DNA of 62,706 nucleotides, filler included, from Hausera hauseri (GCA_046269625.1; 12 parts of 12 records of this genome joined end to end with filler, not necessarily neighbours in it), one strand, 5' to 3'. Shown: positions 13,618-26,519, counted from the whole stretch's first letter. Numbers and translations: made by a program. The notes: a model not told the origin generated them from the sequence alone.

Positions 13618-13711
13618 TTATATACAAGATTGTAGCCAATCAGAGAAGAGGAAAATTTACAAGCTGTAATGCCCGTAGGCTACACTGGTATTCCTTTGTG
13701 TCCAATGACGT
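13618..13711 (-). promoter_or_regulatory. Putative promoter of the MATH gene: TATA, two CCAAT boxes, CRE-like TGACGT
   Basis: TATATAA (minus strand) 13618-13624, about 30 nt above the ATG; CCAAT at 13636 and 13702; TGACGT at 13706. Confidence 0.45.
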
Positions 13712-13820
13712 AGATGTACAGAATTGATCAACTTATATCACAGTCGCAATATTACAAGGGTTCTTTTATAACGTGGATAATCGTATATCTAATATTGACT
13801 ATTGTGCTTCTGAGGAAACG

Positions 13821-14535
13821 ATAGAATGAACACGTATAATACACTTGTTGATATTTTGTGAATGTTTTTATTATTTAGTTGTTACAAATAAGACTAAGCA
13901 ATACAAATATTATTTAACAATTCTTCATCTAAAACAGCAAGCATATCAGCAATAACATACGATTGGTTAAATCAATAATGTTGCAATACTTTAGGTAATG
14001 TTACACACACACATTTAATACATATATTGTTAACACTAATGCACCTCATTAGTGACCACATATGTGGATTAATATGAAGCGAGAGTTAATCAGTCCTCAT
14101 TAGGGTATATATATTTTGATTTAGAATTTTCACGCGACTTTAATAATTTATTTACAAAAATTGCAAAACATGGAGAAGTTAGTGAAATTTTTATAACACA
14201 AAATCTATTTCATCAAGGATATTGTAAATAAATTATTAAAGTCTGCGTGAAAATTCTAAATCAAAATATATATACCCTAATGAGGACTGATTAACTCTTG
14301 CTTCATATTAATCCACATATGTGGTCACTAATAAGGTACATTAGTGTTAACAATATATGTATTAAATGTGTGTGTAACATTACCTAAAGTATTGCAATAT
14401 CATTGATTTAACCAATCGTATGTTATTGCTGATATGCGTGCTGTTTTAGATGAATAATTGTTAAAAAATATTTGTATTGCTTAGTCAAAAAACATTCAAA
14501 AATATCAACAAGTTTATTATACTTGTTCATTCTAT
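13821..14535. repeat. Long imperfect inverted repeat (foldback): arms 13821-14157 and 14222-14535, 64-nt loop
   Basis: Arms are reverse complements end to end (ATAGAATGAA/TTCATTCTAT outer; TAATAATTTATTTACAA/TTGTAAATAAATTATTA inner) with scattered mismatches and one about 20-nt indel. Confidence 0.95.
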
Positions 14536-15966
14536 TGGGGCCATTATTAATTTCAACACCATTCATGATCATAGAAAAAACCTATTGAGGACATGTGATC
14601 CATTCGTACTACTTTCTAATTGAAATAAAATACCAGAAATCAGTATTAGAGATTTATACAGTGAATTTAAAGTATTAAAACTAGTGAAAAAACCTATCTA
14701 CGTAGGATGATTAGGAAAATACCATATTATGTATTCTACCATAAACAAACATTAAAAAAATGATTAGGTATACTGATCTCCAACAAAATAAAGAATATCT
14801 AATCATTTTCTCTCAAGATCACGCAGTAACACAACACCAGATAGCTTGAACCCAGACTATAACCAGAAGGTATTTAATACCGGGAAAAATCCAAGTTTAC
14901 ATTCAGATGCTTCTTATAACTATTACTAATGTTAATAATGATGTATTCAAAACCTTAATACCATTCGTTATCGTGATAGTTCTACTATTATTAATTTCAA
15001 CACCATTTATGATCATAAAATTAAAAATGGCACGAAAAGCGACAACAAATTAATAAACAATTAAGATTAATAGAATATTCTGAACAACTAAATATAATTA
15101 ACAAAACTTTGTTAATCACAGCAGGTATACTTTGCTTCTTAATCTTTCATAAGGATAAAAATGTAAACTTGACAACTGGCGTTCTAAAAGCTCAGAAGCT
15201 CCAAATTACTCACAGACTCACAATAAACATTTCAATAACTAAAAATATTAAAAAATAAAAACATGAAAAAATATACCCACAAAAAATACACAAATACTAA
15301 ACGACCAATAAAGAATAACTGTCAAAAGTTATACAGGGTAACCACCTACCCTAATAATAACGGACTATATAACGCAACCCGTAAATATAATCTCTCCTTT
15401 TTAGCTGTCCAACTCGAACGAAATCAATGCAAACATTTGATCAGAAATAAGACTCCGATTCAGATGCTTCAATCAAAACTGTGGTCCCTAAATCTAAGCG
15501 AAGGGTTATACAACAATAATCTCAATTTACCTTCAAAAACCCAACTCAAAGATTTGGAATGACCCACGGAATTTTATCAACACCAGTAAAAACAATCTCT
15601 ACAGAAACTAGGCAAAAATTAAATCCATCTCTTTCTGATTTTAATTTGGTATCTTGTCTATGTGTTTCTGACTCAGAATATCCCCAGGGTTCAGAAAACA
15701 TTCCTGTTTGCTTCAAAATGCTCCAATTTTTTTGTCAGTTTTGGAATAAGGAAAATACTTTTTTCAGTGTTTTTTTTTGTGTGTGTGTGAAAGCAGGTGC
15801 TTTTAATAGCTGAGAACCACTCAAGACAACGAATCCTAAATTAAAAGCAGCTGTGTGGAGCTGCACCCACTATCCTCTAAAATCCTCTGTGGACTCAACA
15901 CTGCTAGTAAATCTTACTTATTGTTATATGGCAAAGCAAAGTGAATTTTAAGCACGCGTTCATGTG

Positions 15967-16406
15967 CTAACACACTTTTTGCAGATGGTTCTGACGCCAC
16001 GGAGCTGCTGCCTCTGTCTCCTCGTAGTGGATGGTGGTTGTGGTTCTGCCCGGTGTTGGTTCCATCGTAGATCGAGTGGTTGAAACTCTCATGGAGGTGG
16101 TTTTGCTCTGAACTGAGCTCAGTTCAGTCTGGTTGGTCAAAGGTGAAACAAAATTAAAGGTGGTGACTTTACGAGGTTCAGGTGAGGTTCTGATTATTCT
16201 GCCTGTGACTCTAGTCAGAGCTGATGTTGCAGCTGGTTCCTTTAACGCCTGGGTCATCCATGAACTCAAAGTCTCAGGCCTTCGGACTGTAGACGGATGT
16301 GGAGACATGGAGCCTGTCGAACGTTGAGGCATCATAGTCGTATCAGGGGTTCTGGTTGACTCAGGGATCGTAGTCGGTTCAGGGGTTCTGGTCGACTCAG
16401 GGATCG
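15967..16406 (-). CDS. 3' part of a Thr/Pro/Ser-rich mucin-like ORF with 36-nt tandem repeat (TIPESTRTPEPT), truncated by contig end
   Basis: Two 36-nt repeat units at 16335-16406 read in frame into the 122-aa T/S/P-rich ORF. Confidence 0.5.
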
Positions 16407-16506
16407 NNNNNNNNNNNNNNNNNNNNNNNNNNNNNNNNNNNNNNNNNNNNTTAATTAATTAANNNNNNNNNNNNNNNNNNNNNNNNNNNNNNNNNNNNNN
16501 NNNNNN

Positions 16507-19500
16507 CGGATAAACGCCTAGATGGCTCCAAAAATTTTAATCGACAGAATGACAGCCGAAATTACGATAATCGCCAATATGGAGACCTTAGACAGGCCCT
16601 GTCGCAGCGAGGTTACAATAGAAATCCGAGTAAATCAAAATCTCCATTAAATAAAGATGGCCGACAGAGGATCGGAAGAAACGGCAACTTAATTTGTTAT
16701 ACATGCGGACAAGAAGGACACATAGCGAGATCCTGTCCAAACCCGCGAAGTGTTTCGTTTGTCGAACCTAGTAAAAGTAATGTAATTAAAAACGAAAATT
16801 TAGAAGCAATTTACAATGTCCGTAGAGATACGAACATGATCATCGAGATACAAGATTTACGACATTTTTTAAAGGCCCAGCCTGATACTAAGGACCCCAA
16901 AGTTTTAGTGGTTAGAAACCAGTACGAACATAAGTTACGACTATTAGAAGTTTATCACGGTCTGCGCGAACCAAAAACGGAATATGAACGTTCCATTGCC
17001 CCACCAAGGCTGAGTAATATGGCATGGAAGAAGAATATTCCTACAATAAATAAAAAAGTCAGATGAAATGCGAAAACCTGAGAGCCCTGGCATGGTAGAT
17101 TTAAATGTAGAACCGGAGTATACTGTAAAAAAAGTAACCAAGGAGGCAGAGCTCGACGAAAAAGAAGAATTTCTAGAATCATTCATACTTAAAATTACGA
17201 AGAATAGGGGCCGTAGCCCATCAATGAGACGGAAACGCAAGGATCGCTCGAGATCCCCAATGATTAAGGAGAAGTCAGACACAAAGATAGAAACCGAAAT
17301 CGCGTTAGAAAGCGACACAGAGTGCGCCTCAAACGTTCCGGAAATTAATCTAGTTACGCAGAGCGAAATGGATGAGTCAACGAAATCTATAAATGAGATA
17401 AACGACATATGTCCCTTACCTACTAGCAAAGAGGAATTAGAACAAGAGAAACTCGATCCTAATAAGTGGAAAATCATGCGCTCGTCGACAAATGCCGATG
17501 AATTCAAAAGAATGAGGATAAACTGCTTCAATCCAGAGGTAGTGCGACAGAATCTGGAGAAACTTAAAGCAATAAGTAAGCAAGTAGATATTTCGGGCAA
17601 GTAACAGCAGTTTGTAGAGAGATTATATAAAAAGATGAAGCTATATAATGAAGGAAAACTAAGTGAAGCTATAGACTTAGATCAGCCTGAAGAAGTGGCA
17701 AAAGAAACACTAGTTCAATGGAAACGCGAATTAGAACGGTGGATTAAAACTGAGACGAAATTTCCGGAGACGTGGGATAAAACTACCCAAGACATTAAAA
17801 CTAGAATCAACCAGGCTCAGTCGCTATTGGCTACATTAGAAGCCAACCCGAAATTAAAAAGAGTAGTACGTAATTTGGAGCGTGTCACGAATGAAATTAG
17901 ATTTGCAATAGTCGAACGACTAAAAGGAAAGCCGGTCAAGGAACGAGATGCAGATGAGCTACAGATATTGGGCATAAACCCAGTAGATATTCCACCTTTA
18001 ATGGATATGACAAAAGTCGCTTCGACAGCCTCCAAGCAATATAATAGTTTGCAAAATCGTATTTAAATTAAAGCCGAAAAACGGTCGCAGAAATATGGTC
18101 TAAGGAACAGAATTATGCACACCAATAGCGAAGAAACACCCAAAATAATTATGGTTTGTATCATCGAGTTCGATGAATATAAGGATGAATTTGACCATGC
18201 CTGCCGGATCATCGATTTTATTAAAGGTCCAGATGATGAACTAGAAGATGCTCGCAAAATGTTAAACACAGCAATCTTGGCGAAACCAGAAATCGCTAAT
18301 CAGTTGAACGAATGGTCTAAAGTAATAATAAGGTTAAGCGAATTAATAAACAGACGGAAGAATGAATATTCGGAGAGCGAACCTACAGTAAAAATGCAAC
18401 TGGAAGAAGACGTCTGAAATCTAGATACGATGAAAGCAGAAATTGACATCCGAATCCAATTCGAGGCACTGCGTCAATTGGACTTTATGGAAAAGAAACA
18501 GGAGTTAATGATACTAGATGATATATATAAGATAATCGAAGAAACAAACTTCATGCGAAAGCGAAATGCGATTTGTGATTTCTATCCGCGATTAAGAGAT
18601 GTTCGCCTAAAGAGAATACAATAGTTGACAGCCAAACCTACCGAAGAAATCTCGATCCGAGATATTAAAACCTTAGACTGTTGTCCCGAATGCCGGTTAG
18701 TCGTGGAAGAAGCGGTTAAGTTCTTACATCGTCCCCAAGAATGGACAGATGGAACGGATCAAAGACTTCATAACGAACTAAGTAAAATAAATAACGACCG
18801 CCACCTTAATTTTGAAGAGATTAAATTTGTAAAACAATTATTAGATGCGATCGATCCAGATTCAAACAGCATTAACGAGATGTACGAATTAGCGCTATTG
18901 ATGGCGGAAATGGCAGAAATTAGTGACAAAAATCTAAAACAATTGTTGCAGCAGATACAGCAAGTCGAAGAAACTTGCACGAGGACGAAACAGAAAGCGA
19001 TGAGATTATACGAATTAGCTAGAGAATTCGAAAACTATAAAAACAAATACGTCCTTACAGAAGCAGAAAAGGCTGACAGGTCACAATTCATTCAAAGATG
19101 GCAAAGAAATGTCACGTCTGAATTAACGAAATATCAAGAAAAAGGGTTAATTTCACCCGAAGAATTGTGTTCATTGTTAACACTACTTAACCAAACATCC
19201 GCTAATGGGCGATGTTTTCGAACGACGAAAATTGTCCAAATGCAACAGAAACTACAAGAACTCAGAAGAACTACACGGACCGCAGGTGTAGACAAGTCAA
19301 CTGATACACCGTCGAGGAGCTATCAACTGCTAAACGATGAAAACGAACCAGATTGGGAGGCACATTTAGACGCAATGATTGTCGAGAATCCGAAAACCCC
19401 AATACAATTGGATGAAATGGATGTATATTCTTCGGACCAGAGACTTAATGTAGGGATGCTTCTGGACCCAGTACAAACCGAGAAAGATTTAATTCAATTA

Positions 19501-21466
19501 ATTGAAGTAAACCTTACTGACAATCAACTAAGACAACTAGTTCCCACTTTAACTAAATTAACTAGCGAAGATACGATTTCTAGTACGGTACTTAAGCTTT
19601 TACTTAAGGAATATGCAAAATTATTAAAGGCAAAGGCAGAGGAAATGATCTCAGTAAAGATAACATCAGACTGGATAGACGAGGAGGAACAAGAGTTTAC
19701 TACTAACTCCCTTGTAAAGGATGTATTACTATGGATAAAGAACAATGGATACGCCCATAAGCTAAGCTATAGAGTCTATTTTAGATGAAGGATATTAGAC
19801 GAGTCAGAATTATTGATAGAAGTTGGAATTATTCCAGGTGAGGTAAACCGGTTAGTGGTAACTACGGCCATCAACGAAACAAAGAAGGAGGCTATAAGAA
19901 AGGCTAAAGCAGAACAACAGTTAGGACGAATAATAGGAGTCCGAGATGTAGCAGTATATTTCGAGTACCTGCAGACAGATGAAGATAATGAACAATACGA
20001 TAAAAATTTAGTGCCGATCAATGGCAGTACGCCTCCTGTGACAAAACCGAAGCATCATATCGGTAGGCCACGGAAGATACGAGACGAAATCGACTATAAT
20101 AAGGACCTAATCAAAGAATTGAGACAAATGTCCATACCAAGTTTCAATGCGGATAATGAGGAATTAAACAAACTGATGAAAGATTTGATACGAATAGTAA
20201 ACCACACTAATCTCGGCAGTGATATAGTAGGTGAGAAGGAAAAGGCCATAGCAAACACCGCAAAGGCTATGAAAGGTCTTCGGTGTAAATTAACCAGAAG
20301 TACTTTAAGTGATGAAATGACAATCGAGAAAATTATGGTAGAAATTACCATAGAGGAATTGAAAAAAGTGTTGCTATATCTGGCCATCAAAACCAACCAG
20401 AACCGGGAAAATGAATTTAACAAGGCTACCAGCTTGGCAAGGAAGGCCGCAAGGAAATTACGTCGAGAAGTGAACTGGTCTAAGTTATTCGAAAAAGAGG
20501 AAGAACATCAGAATAGATTATTCTTCGATAACAATAGATTCGGAGATCTACTTCAGAATGCAACCGGAAATTTCAAAGGAAATGAATCGAACTGGCTAAT
20601 CAACTTTCTGACCATGATGATGTTGATAAGACAAAAGGGCGAAGTTACAGTATATGATTGTGACAAATTTAAATTGGGCCAAAAATACTCATTAATGGAC
20701 TTAGAAATGTGCGAAGATGCAAGGCCCTACAAATTAGAAACAAAGGAGAAAAGTTATATATTTTATCAACAACGCGAACTATTTACCTGGGACGGAGTAG
20801 AATGTATGTTACGGCAATCTCGCATCATCTTTTATTGTGGACTTGTACATGGGCACTCGTTAATAATTAAGCCAACAACCCCACTAATTCCGATAAATTT
20901 AGAGCGACAACATTGTAAGCAAGCTAGATAAACAAGGAAAATAAAATGGGATGGTATGGAATTGGAAATGCAGCAAGCGAAAATAATCAGAATGTACAAA
21001 GTGGCAGCAGGAAGGCTGTTTATGCACACCGGACATTATTATGGTGCGGAATACGATATCGGAAAAGGATTAGAGTCAAACATCGTAGTAGTGGATTTTT
21101 ACGAAACCGAAATGCGTATACAGAAAGTGACGCTTCATAGCATTACCAAACTTTACACGGAAAACCATAAGTGCCATATTCAGGATGGCACATGCTCGTT
21201 TCGAAGTTCCGTAGTAATTTGGGAACCCCCAGCCAAAACCGAGTGCAACTTTATCAGAATTAAAGAACTTAAATTCAACGAGACAATAGGAAAACGATAC
21301 ATAAGTAGCATGGAAACTAACTCTGAAACACGAAAAGATATAGCTAAATATTCCACACTTACGATAATGATTTCTGATACTCATGGATTAAAATTTGTAA
21401 AGAAAGCTATGCTCACCAGATGCGACGTCGTAATGTATGCCGCTAACTATGAAGCATTTTTTGTAA
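16507..21466 (+). mobile_element. Decayed retroelement-like polyprotein: Gag CCHC knuckle, about 1,250-aa helical region, signal peptide, chuvirus-like glycoprotein; no pol domains
   Basis: CYTCGQEGHIARSCP at 16695; ORFs 17068, 17635, 18115, 18430, 18625, 19813 and 20956 share one frame, separated by single stops; one frameshift in the A6 run near 17055. Confidence 0.8.
20590..21466 (+). pseudogene. Chuvirus (Jingchuvirales)-like fusion glycoprotein, N-terminal half
   Basis: Hydrophobic WLINFLTMMMLI then VYDC..YSL..C..YQQ..EC..FYCG..HS..C..CHIQDGTC..VIW..C, the Cys/motif spacing I recognise from chuviral G proteins. Confidence 0.75.
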
Positions 21467-21566
21467 NNNNNNNNNNNNNNNNNNNNNNNNNNNNNNNNNN
21501 NNNNNNNNNNTTAATTAATTAANNNNNNNNNNNNNNNNNNNNNNNNNNNNNNNNNNNNNNNNNNNN

Positions 21567-23670
21567 TCGACGGTGTGGCGTTTGACACCTCCAAACCTAA
21601 TAATCCTAAAGTCATCCTTTCTGAATCGCTTCAAAAAGAAGCATTCAATAGCATCCATTTGTTGCATCATCCTTGTGGCAAGGCTACTTTTCGACTCTTA
21701 CAACGCCAAGTAGTATGGCCGTCGATGCGCACTGACGTGCAGACATGGGTTAGGCAGTGTGTGGCATGCCAAAAATACAAAGTTACTAAGCATTTAAAGC
21801 CACCACTATATCATTTTCGCTGCATGTCTCGTTTTGAATCTGTTCATATTGATCTTGTAGGCCCACTACCCTTAGACAACGTCCATCAGTTCATCCTCAC
21901 AATGATGGACCGTTCCTCGCGGTGGCCAGAGGCAGTCCCGATTCGGAGCACTAACACAGAAACCATCGCAGACGTTTTCATCCGCACTTGGATCAGCAGG
22001 TTTGGACCACCTCGCTACATCTTTCGGACCAAGGCCCACAGTTCGAATCCAATCTGCTTAAAGCTCTTGTCAATCGATTGGGAATTTACCACATTTACAC
22101 GTCACCATATTATCCTCAATCGAATGGCCTTCTCGAACGCTTTTACCGAACGATTAAAACGTTTCTTAAAATCCTTGCTGAGTCCAATCGCCGTTGGACT
22201 ACACTCCTTCCGTACGTTCTACTTGGCTGGCGGAACACACCGTCTACTTCTACAAGCTGTTCACTTACAGAAGCATTATTTGGCACTTCCATTAGATAAT
22301 TATTCGAGCTGACTGAGCTGGACAATATTCTTAAGGAGAAAGCCATACAAGGGGCACAGAGACACTTTGTTGCGATCAGCAAAGACTCATTCTGTAGACT
22401 ATTACACGGAAATAAACTTTACATACCCGACGATTTATATACTCCCAAGTTAGTATGGCTGAAGAATCAGACGCCGTGTAATTTTTAACCTCAGTATGTT
22501 GGCCCTTACAAAGTAATTCATTTACACTTTCACAACATCATCATTCTCAAGGACGACAAAGAAGTAACAGTCCACATCAACAACGCTAAGCCGGCTTTCT
22601 TCATTGACGAAACGTCTCCCATCGAAACCACTTCTCCACCATCTTTACACGACGCGCAGCAATCCAACAATTCACCTTCCATCTCTGCTCAATTCTTTAA
22701 CCCACTTTCCCCTACGTTTTCTCCCAAGACTTCTACTTCAATTTTTTGACAGTTCAGCCTCTTTTTCCCCATCCAATTTTGCACCTTCAAGCCTTTTCAC
22801 ACCTCCTTCATCCCCTGGTGACAACCTCCTATCTTTTTTTACAAGACCTCCTCCGACAAACACCACTTCGACTTCACCAATTTCTCCATCTTCTTGCTCT
22901 CTTCCGTTTTGTCCCTCTTCGCCGTCTTTTCTCTCTCTCTCTCTCTCTCTCTTTCTCCTCCCATACCTTCCTTATTTTCGGCGCCCGCTTCCTCCCTCTC
23001 TCATCACACATCGTCTTTTACTCCTTTCATCTCCGCTTCGCAACTTCCTTCTCTCTCTACTCCTATCCCTATCTTTCTTCCTCTCTCTACTACTACCTGC
23101 TTTATCCTCTACTTCTACTCTTTCACCTAACGCAATTTCAATTTCTACTTCAATTTCCGTCACTCCTCCTTCATCCGCTACTTCACCTTTTTTCACTCCT
23201 TCGTCTTCTAACCCTCTCTCAAACACCTTTAACCGTCCATCTTCACCAATCACTCTTCCTGGTTCACCTTCTTCTTCTCTTCATTCTAATTTGTCTTTGC
23301 ACGACACAACACTCACAACAAAGTCTGACAATTTTTCCCCAATTTCAACCTCTGCAAGCAAACACACCGCAGAAAGATAAAACAAGCAGAGTCACATTTA
23401 GCAAGTACAGCAAGGAAAAATCAGTAGAAGGCACCCAACGTCTTGCTCACATTAAGACAAACTGACACAAACACTTTTTCTTTTGGCGATTTTTTCTTTC
23501 TGTCTCTTTTACTCTTTATAGTTTTCGCTTTGCCACGGGGGGTTGATGTAATGCCCACAGAGGCCGGTGACCTTTGGTCCACTTGGTTGGGCACGGCCGG
23601 GCGTCCGTTGCCATCGCGTCGGATACTTAGTCGGGTCCGACTCCCCTCGAAAGTTGGAATTAAAATATCC
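21567..23670 (+). mobile_element. CsRn1-like Ty3/Gypsy copy 2: integrase, S/P/T-rich tail, PPT, 3' LTR start
   Basis: HHPC..W..CVACQK, HIDLVGPLP..DRSSRWPEAVP, SDQGPQFES, NGLLER; G6 PPT at 23537-23542 then TGTAATG at 23547; collinear with 1190-3330. Confidence 0.93.
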
Positions 23671-23804
23671 AGATCTCCTCGTGGCACGTTAAAATGAACG
23701 AGTGACATATCTCATACAAAGAAAGACGTTCAACGAAAATATTCTCAATTCTCGAAATATTCTCAAGTTGCCAGTGCGGCCCAGTCGTCATCCGAAGTTA
23801 ATTT

Positions 23805-24512
23805 TTGCAACCACGTATTCATCCCAATACAAATGCAAATCCTGTTGATTATCGCTGTAGAAAGAGATATTTAACTCGCAATCTGTCTTTGATAAAACAA
23901 ACAAAACCTAATCATTCTGTGTTCTGTCAGTCATTGACAAATATCAGCAACTTAGGCACATCTACTCAAAACCTACCCAGCATTAATGAACCAGATATTG
24001 TCGAACTGAAGACTGATAAATCAAAGGTTGTCGAACAAAACACTGCACCTACGGTAAATAATGAGATTAATCGTACAGACTCCGTGACTTCATTATCTGA
24101 TGATAATGGTTCAAATATCAATTCGTTGGATTATAACATAGATTGGAGCGCCGTGTACCAAAAAATATCATTTGAAACATCAAATGATATAGAAACTGAA
24201 TTGATTCATTACTTCCGTCATAAACAAGTCGATCTAAAAAATTCCCCAAATTGCCTTTTTCGTTACATGACCTTTGACTTTATTCTGCAATACATATTTG
24301 AAAATATTCTTTTAAATCGAGATGACAATGATACTTTAGAAGAACTCGAAAATTTACCTTGCCTACTTAATGACATTGATTATAGTATGAATGATGATGC
24401 TATTTTGATGTTGTTGACATGTTGTATCCGAAGATTTACGAACTTGCAAAGGGAATATAGAAGCAGACAAGGCGATTTAAAAACTTTAATAAAACACTCA
24501 AGCAAAAACTAA
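23805..24512 (+). CDS. Unknown 235-aa ORF (low-complexity N half, helical C half)
   Basis: Long open frame with protein-like composition; no family recognised. Confidence 0.35.
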   Translation: MQPRIHPNTNANPVDYRCRKRYLTRNLSLIKQTKPNHSVFCQSLTNISNLGTSTQNLPSINEPDIVELKTDKSKVVEQNTAPTVNNEINRTDSVTSLSDDNGSNINSLDYNIDWSAVYQKISFETSNDIETELIHYFRHKQVDLKNSPNCLFRYMTFDFILQYIFENILLNRDDNDTLEELENLPCLLNDIDYSMNDDAILMLLTCCIRRFTNLQREYRSRQGDLKTLIKHSSKN

Positions 24513-25363
24513 CGCGCACCTGAAAGATCAATCTGACTCGGTAAGAATGCACGCGCAAGTTGACAGAATTTTTAAAATAATTACGGGTTTGAACATTTTT
24601 CTCACTTCAACAACAATTTCAATCGTAATGTGGAAATTTTCTAATACGTTCGACCATATTTTTGATAAGAAAACTTTACTTTTGCCAACAGTATTATCGA
24701 ACAATGATATGCTGGGTTCCGTTCGACGAAGTCACACAAATTTATAACGAAATATCATTAGTCTTTTTTAACGATTTAAACCGGAAAAAATGAAGCAATG
24801 AAATTTTATGATCAGCTTTTCAGCGAAACTTTGACTATCTCACTCTGTATGCCGATCGTTAATGAAAAACTGAGACGAGATACTGAACTTATGGAGCTGT
24901 GTTGGTTCTATCAGTTACCTGTGTTGTCGTTTATTGTTGCCTATTTCTAAAATATGGAATTTTTCTTTTTTGAACCTTGATTTAATCATTAACAGTCAGT
25001 TCGATCCATGTTCGTCGAAATCAGATTTATTTCTGTTTATTTGTAAATTGATTTTTTCTGTATTTTATGAAGCAAGGAAATGGGGTTGGTTAATTATGTT
25101 AATAGTACCAATCAGATGTTACCGATTGTCAGAATGTCTTCGTCAATCAACAAAATGACTTCTTGTTGATGTGTTGTATTATCTTTGTTGCTTTTATATT
25201 TTTCTATGCGTTTTCCTGTTGGCATAATGTCGATAATCATGTTAATTTCTAAAAAAGGAATTTTTAAGGCTGATTAAAATTTCTTTTAATACTCAATAAA
25301 GTTTGAACTTATTTGAAATTTGAATAAAGTTTTACTACGCCAATTTTTTACTATTTTATTGGG

Positions 25364-25883
25364 ATGAATTTGGATGCTGATATTTTACAACCGCCAGTTA
25401 CGGAGAACTTAAGTCCAAATAACAGTTTAGATAAATTCCATGTTGGAAAATCGTTGCGTTATCATGGTGATAAAGAAATTGAGAAAAATAAATTAGATGA
25501 TTTTGATGTTGGAAGTTTGTTGGATATCGGGAAATTTGGTCGTGTTTTTTGCTAATACAAAACGAAGGATTCATCTGTGCAGTGAAGATTATGTTCAAAA
25601 AATCATTGTATGAAAATAATTCTATTAATTTCATTTTTTGTGAGGTAAATATTATGACTAAATTATCTCATCTGAATATTTTACAATTAAATACTTGGTT
25701 TGATGATGATATTCGAATTTTTTTGGTTTCTTAGTATGCGTGGTACGGTCAGATATCGGCTACTCTATGTGAAGCCATTTACAAGGCGTTATACATCGCG
25801 ACGTAAAGCCTGGAAATTTACTCATCGATTATGATTACAATCTGAAATTGGCAGATTTTGGATGGTCCGTGCATTCTCCTCGA
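25364..25883 (+). pseudogene. Aurora kinase pseudogene fragment (intronless, internally deleted)
   Basis: [71 protein letters not shown]; DFGWSVH is an Aurora signature; frameshift and stop present. Confidence 0.88.
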
Positions 25884-25962
25884 ATGAAATTTCTATCGAA
25901 AATCCTGAACGGTGGAATTGCCGGTATTGTCGGCGTGACTTGTTTATTTTTCATTTGATCTC
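25884..25962 (+). pseudogene. N-terminal fragment of a mitochondrial glutamate carrier-like (SLC25A22/18-type) gene
   Basis: [22 protein letters not shown](S)FDL resembles carrier helix 1 [21 protein letters not shown]. Confidence 0.7.
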
Positions 25963-26519
25963 ATAATGGATTACAGACAACACCGTTAAACAGTAAATAT
26001 CATTTCCATTTGTGAACATTTGTGAATATGATTCTACATAACGATGAGATGTTGTAAGATATTTGCGGATGTTGTTATCGACATAAATTGTTCAAATCGA
26101 ATATTCGATTGCGATTCTGGATCATTTCTTTGTTAATTGTTGTATGTTGTTTTATTAGATTTTCCATTTGAATTGAAATGATGTTGACTTTGTTCAGATG
26201 TTTCGTATTTTATATCCGTAAGAAACTCTAGTCGTGGGCTTTTTATTATTTGATTTCTGGGAAACTTCATTAGTTGTCCTTTTTGTTGGTACAAGTGTAA
26301 CTAGATTATGGAACAATTCTTCTGAGAATTCTGTCGGCGGTTTGATGATTGGATTTAATTGAATTCGTGATTCGGTAGATTACAGCTGAGTTCGGCTTTC
26401 GTAGTGCTGCGTAGAACAGACCGACCGACTATCAAACAACAAGGTGCGGCTAGCAAGGACCGGGTCAGAAAACAACACGGCCGAAACGGCGTTGAACATT
26501 AAAACGAAACGCGGATTTG

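Noticed and set aside
13821-14535. Foldback as Polinton TIRs or a hairpin telomere
   Set aside because: Arms are only 64 nt apart, internal to the contig, and lack Polinton (AG)n/AGT termini
8021-21466. One giant element joining the pol/FN3 contig, the MATH contig and the gag/glycoprotein contig
   Set aside because: Separated by artificial linkers; no evidence of physical linkage
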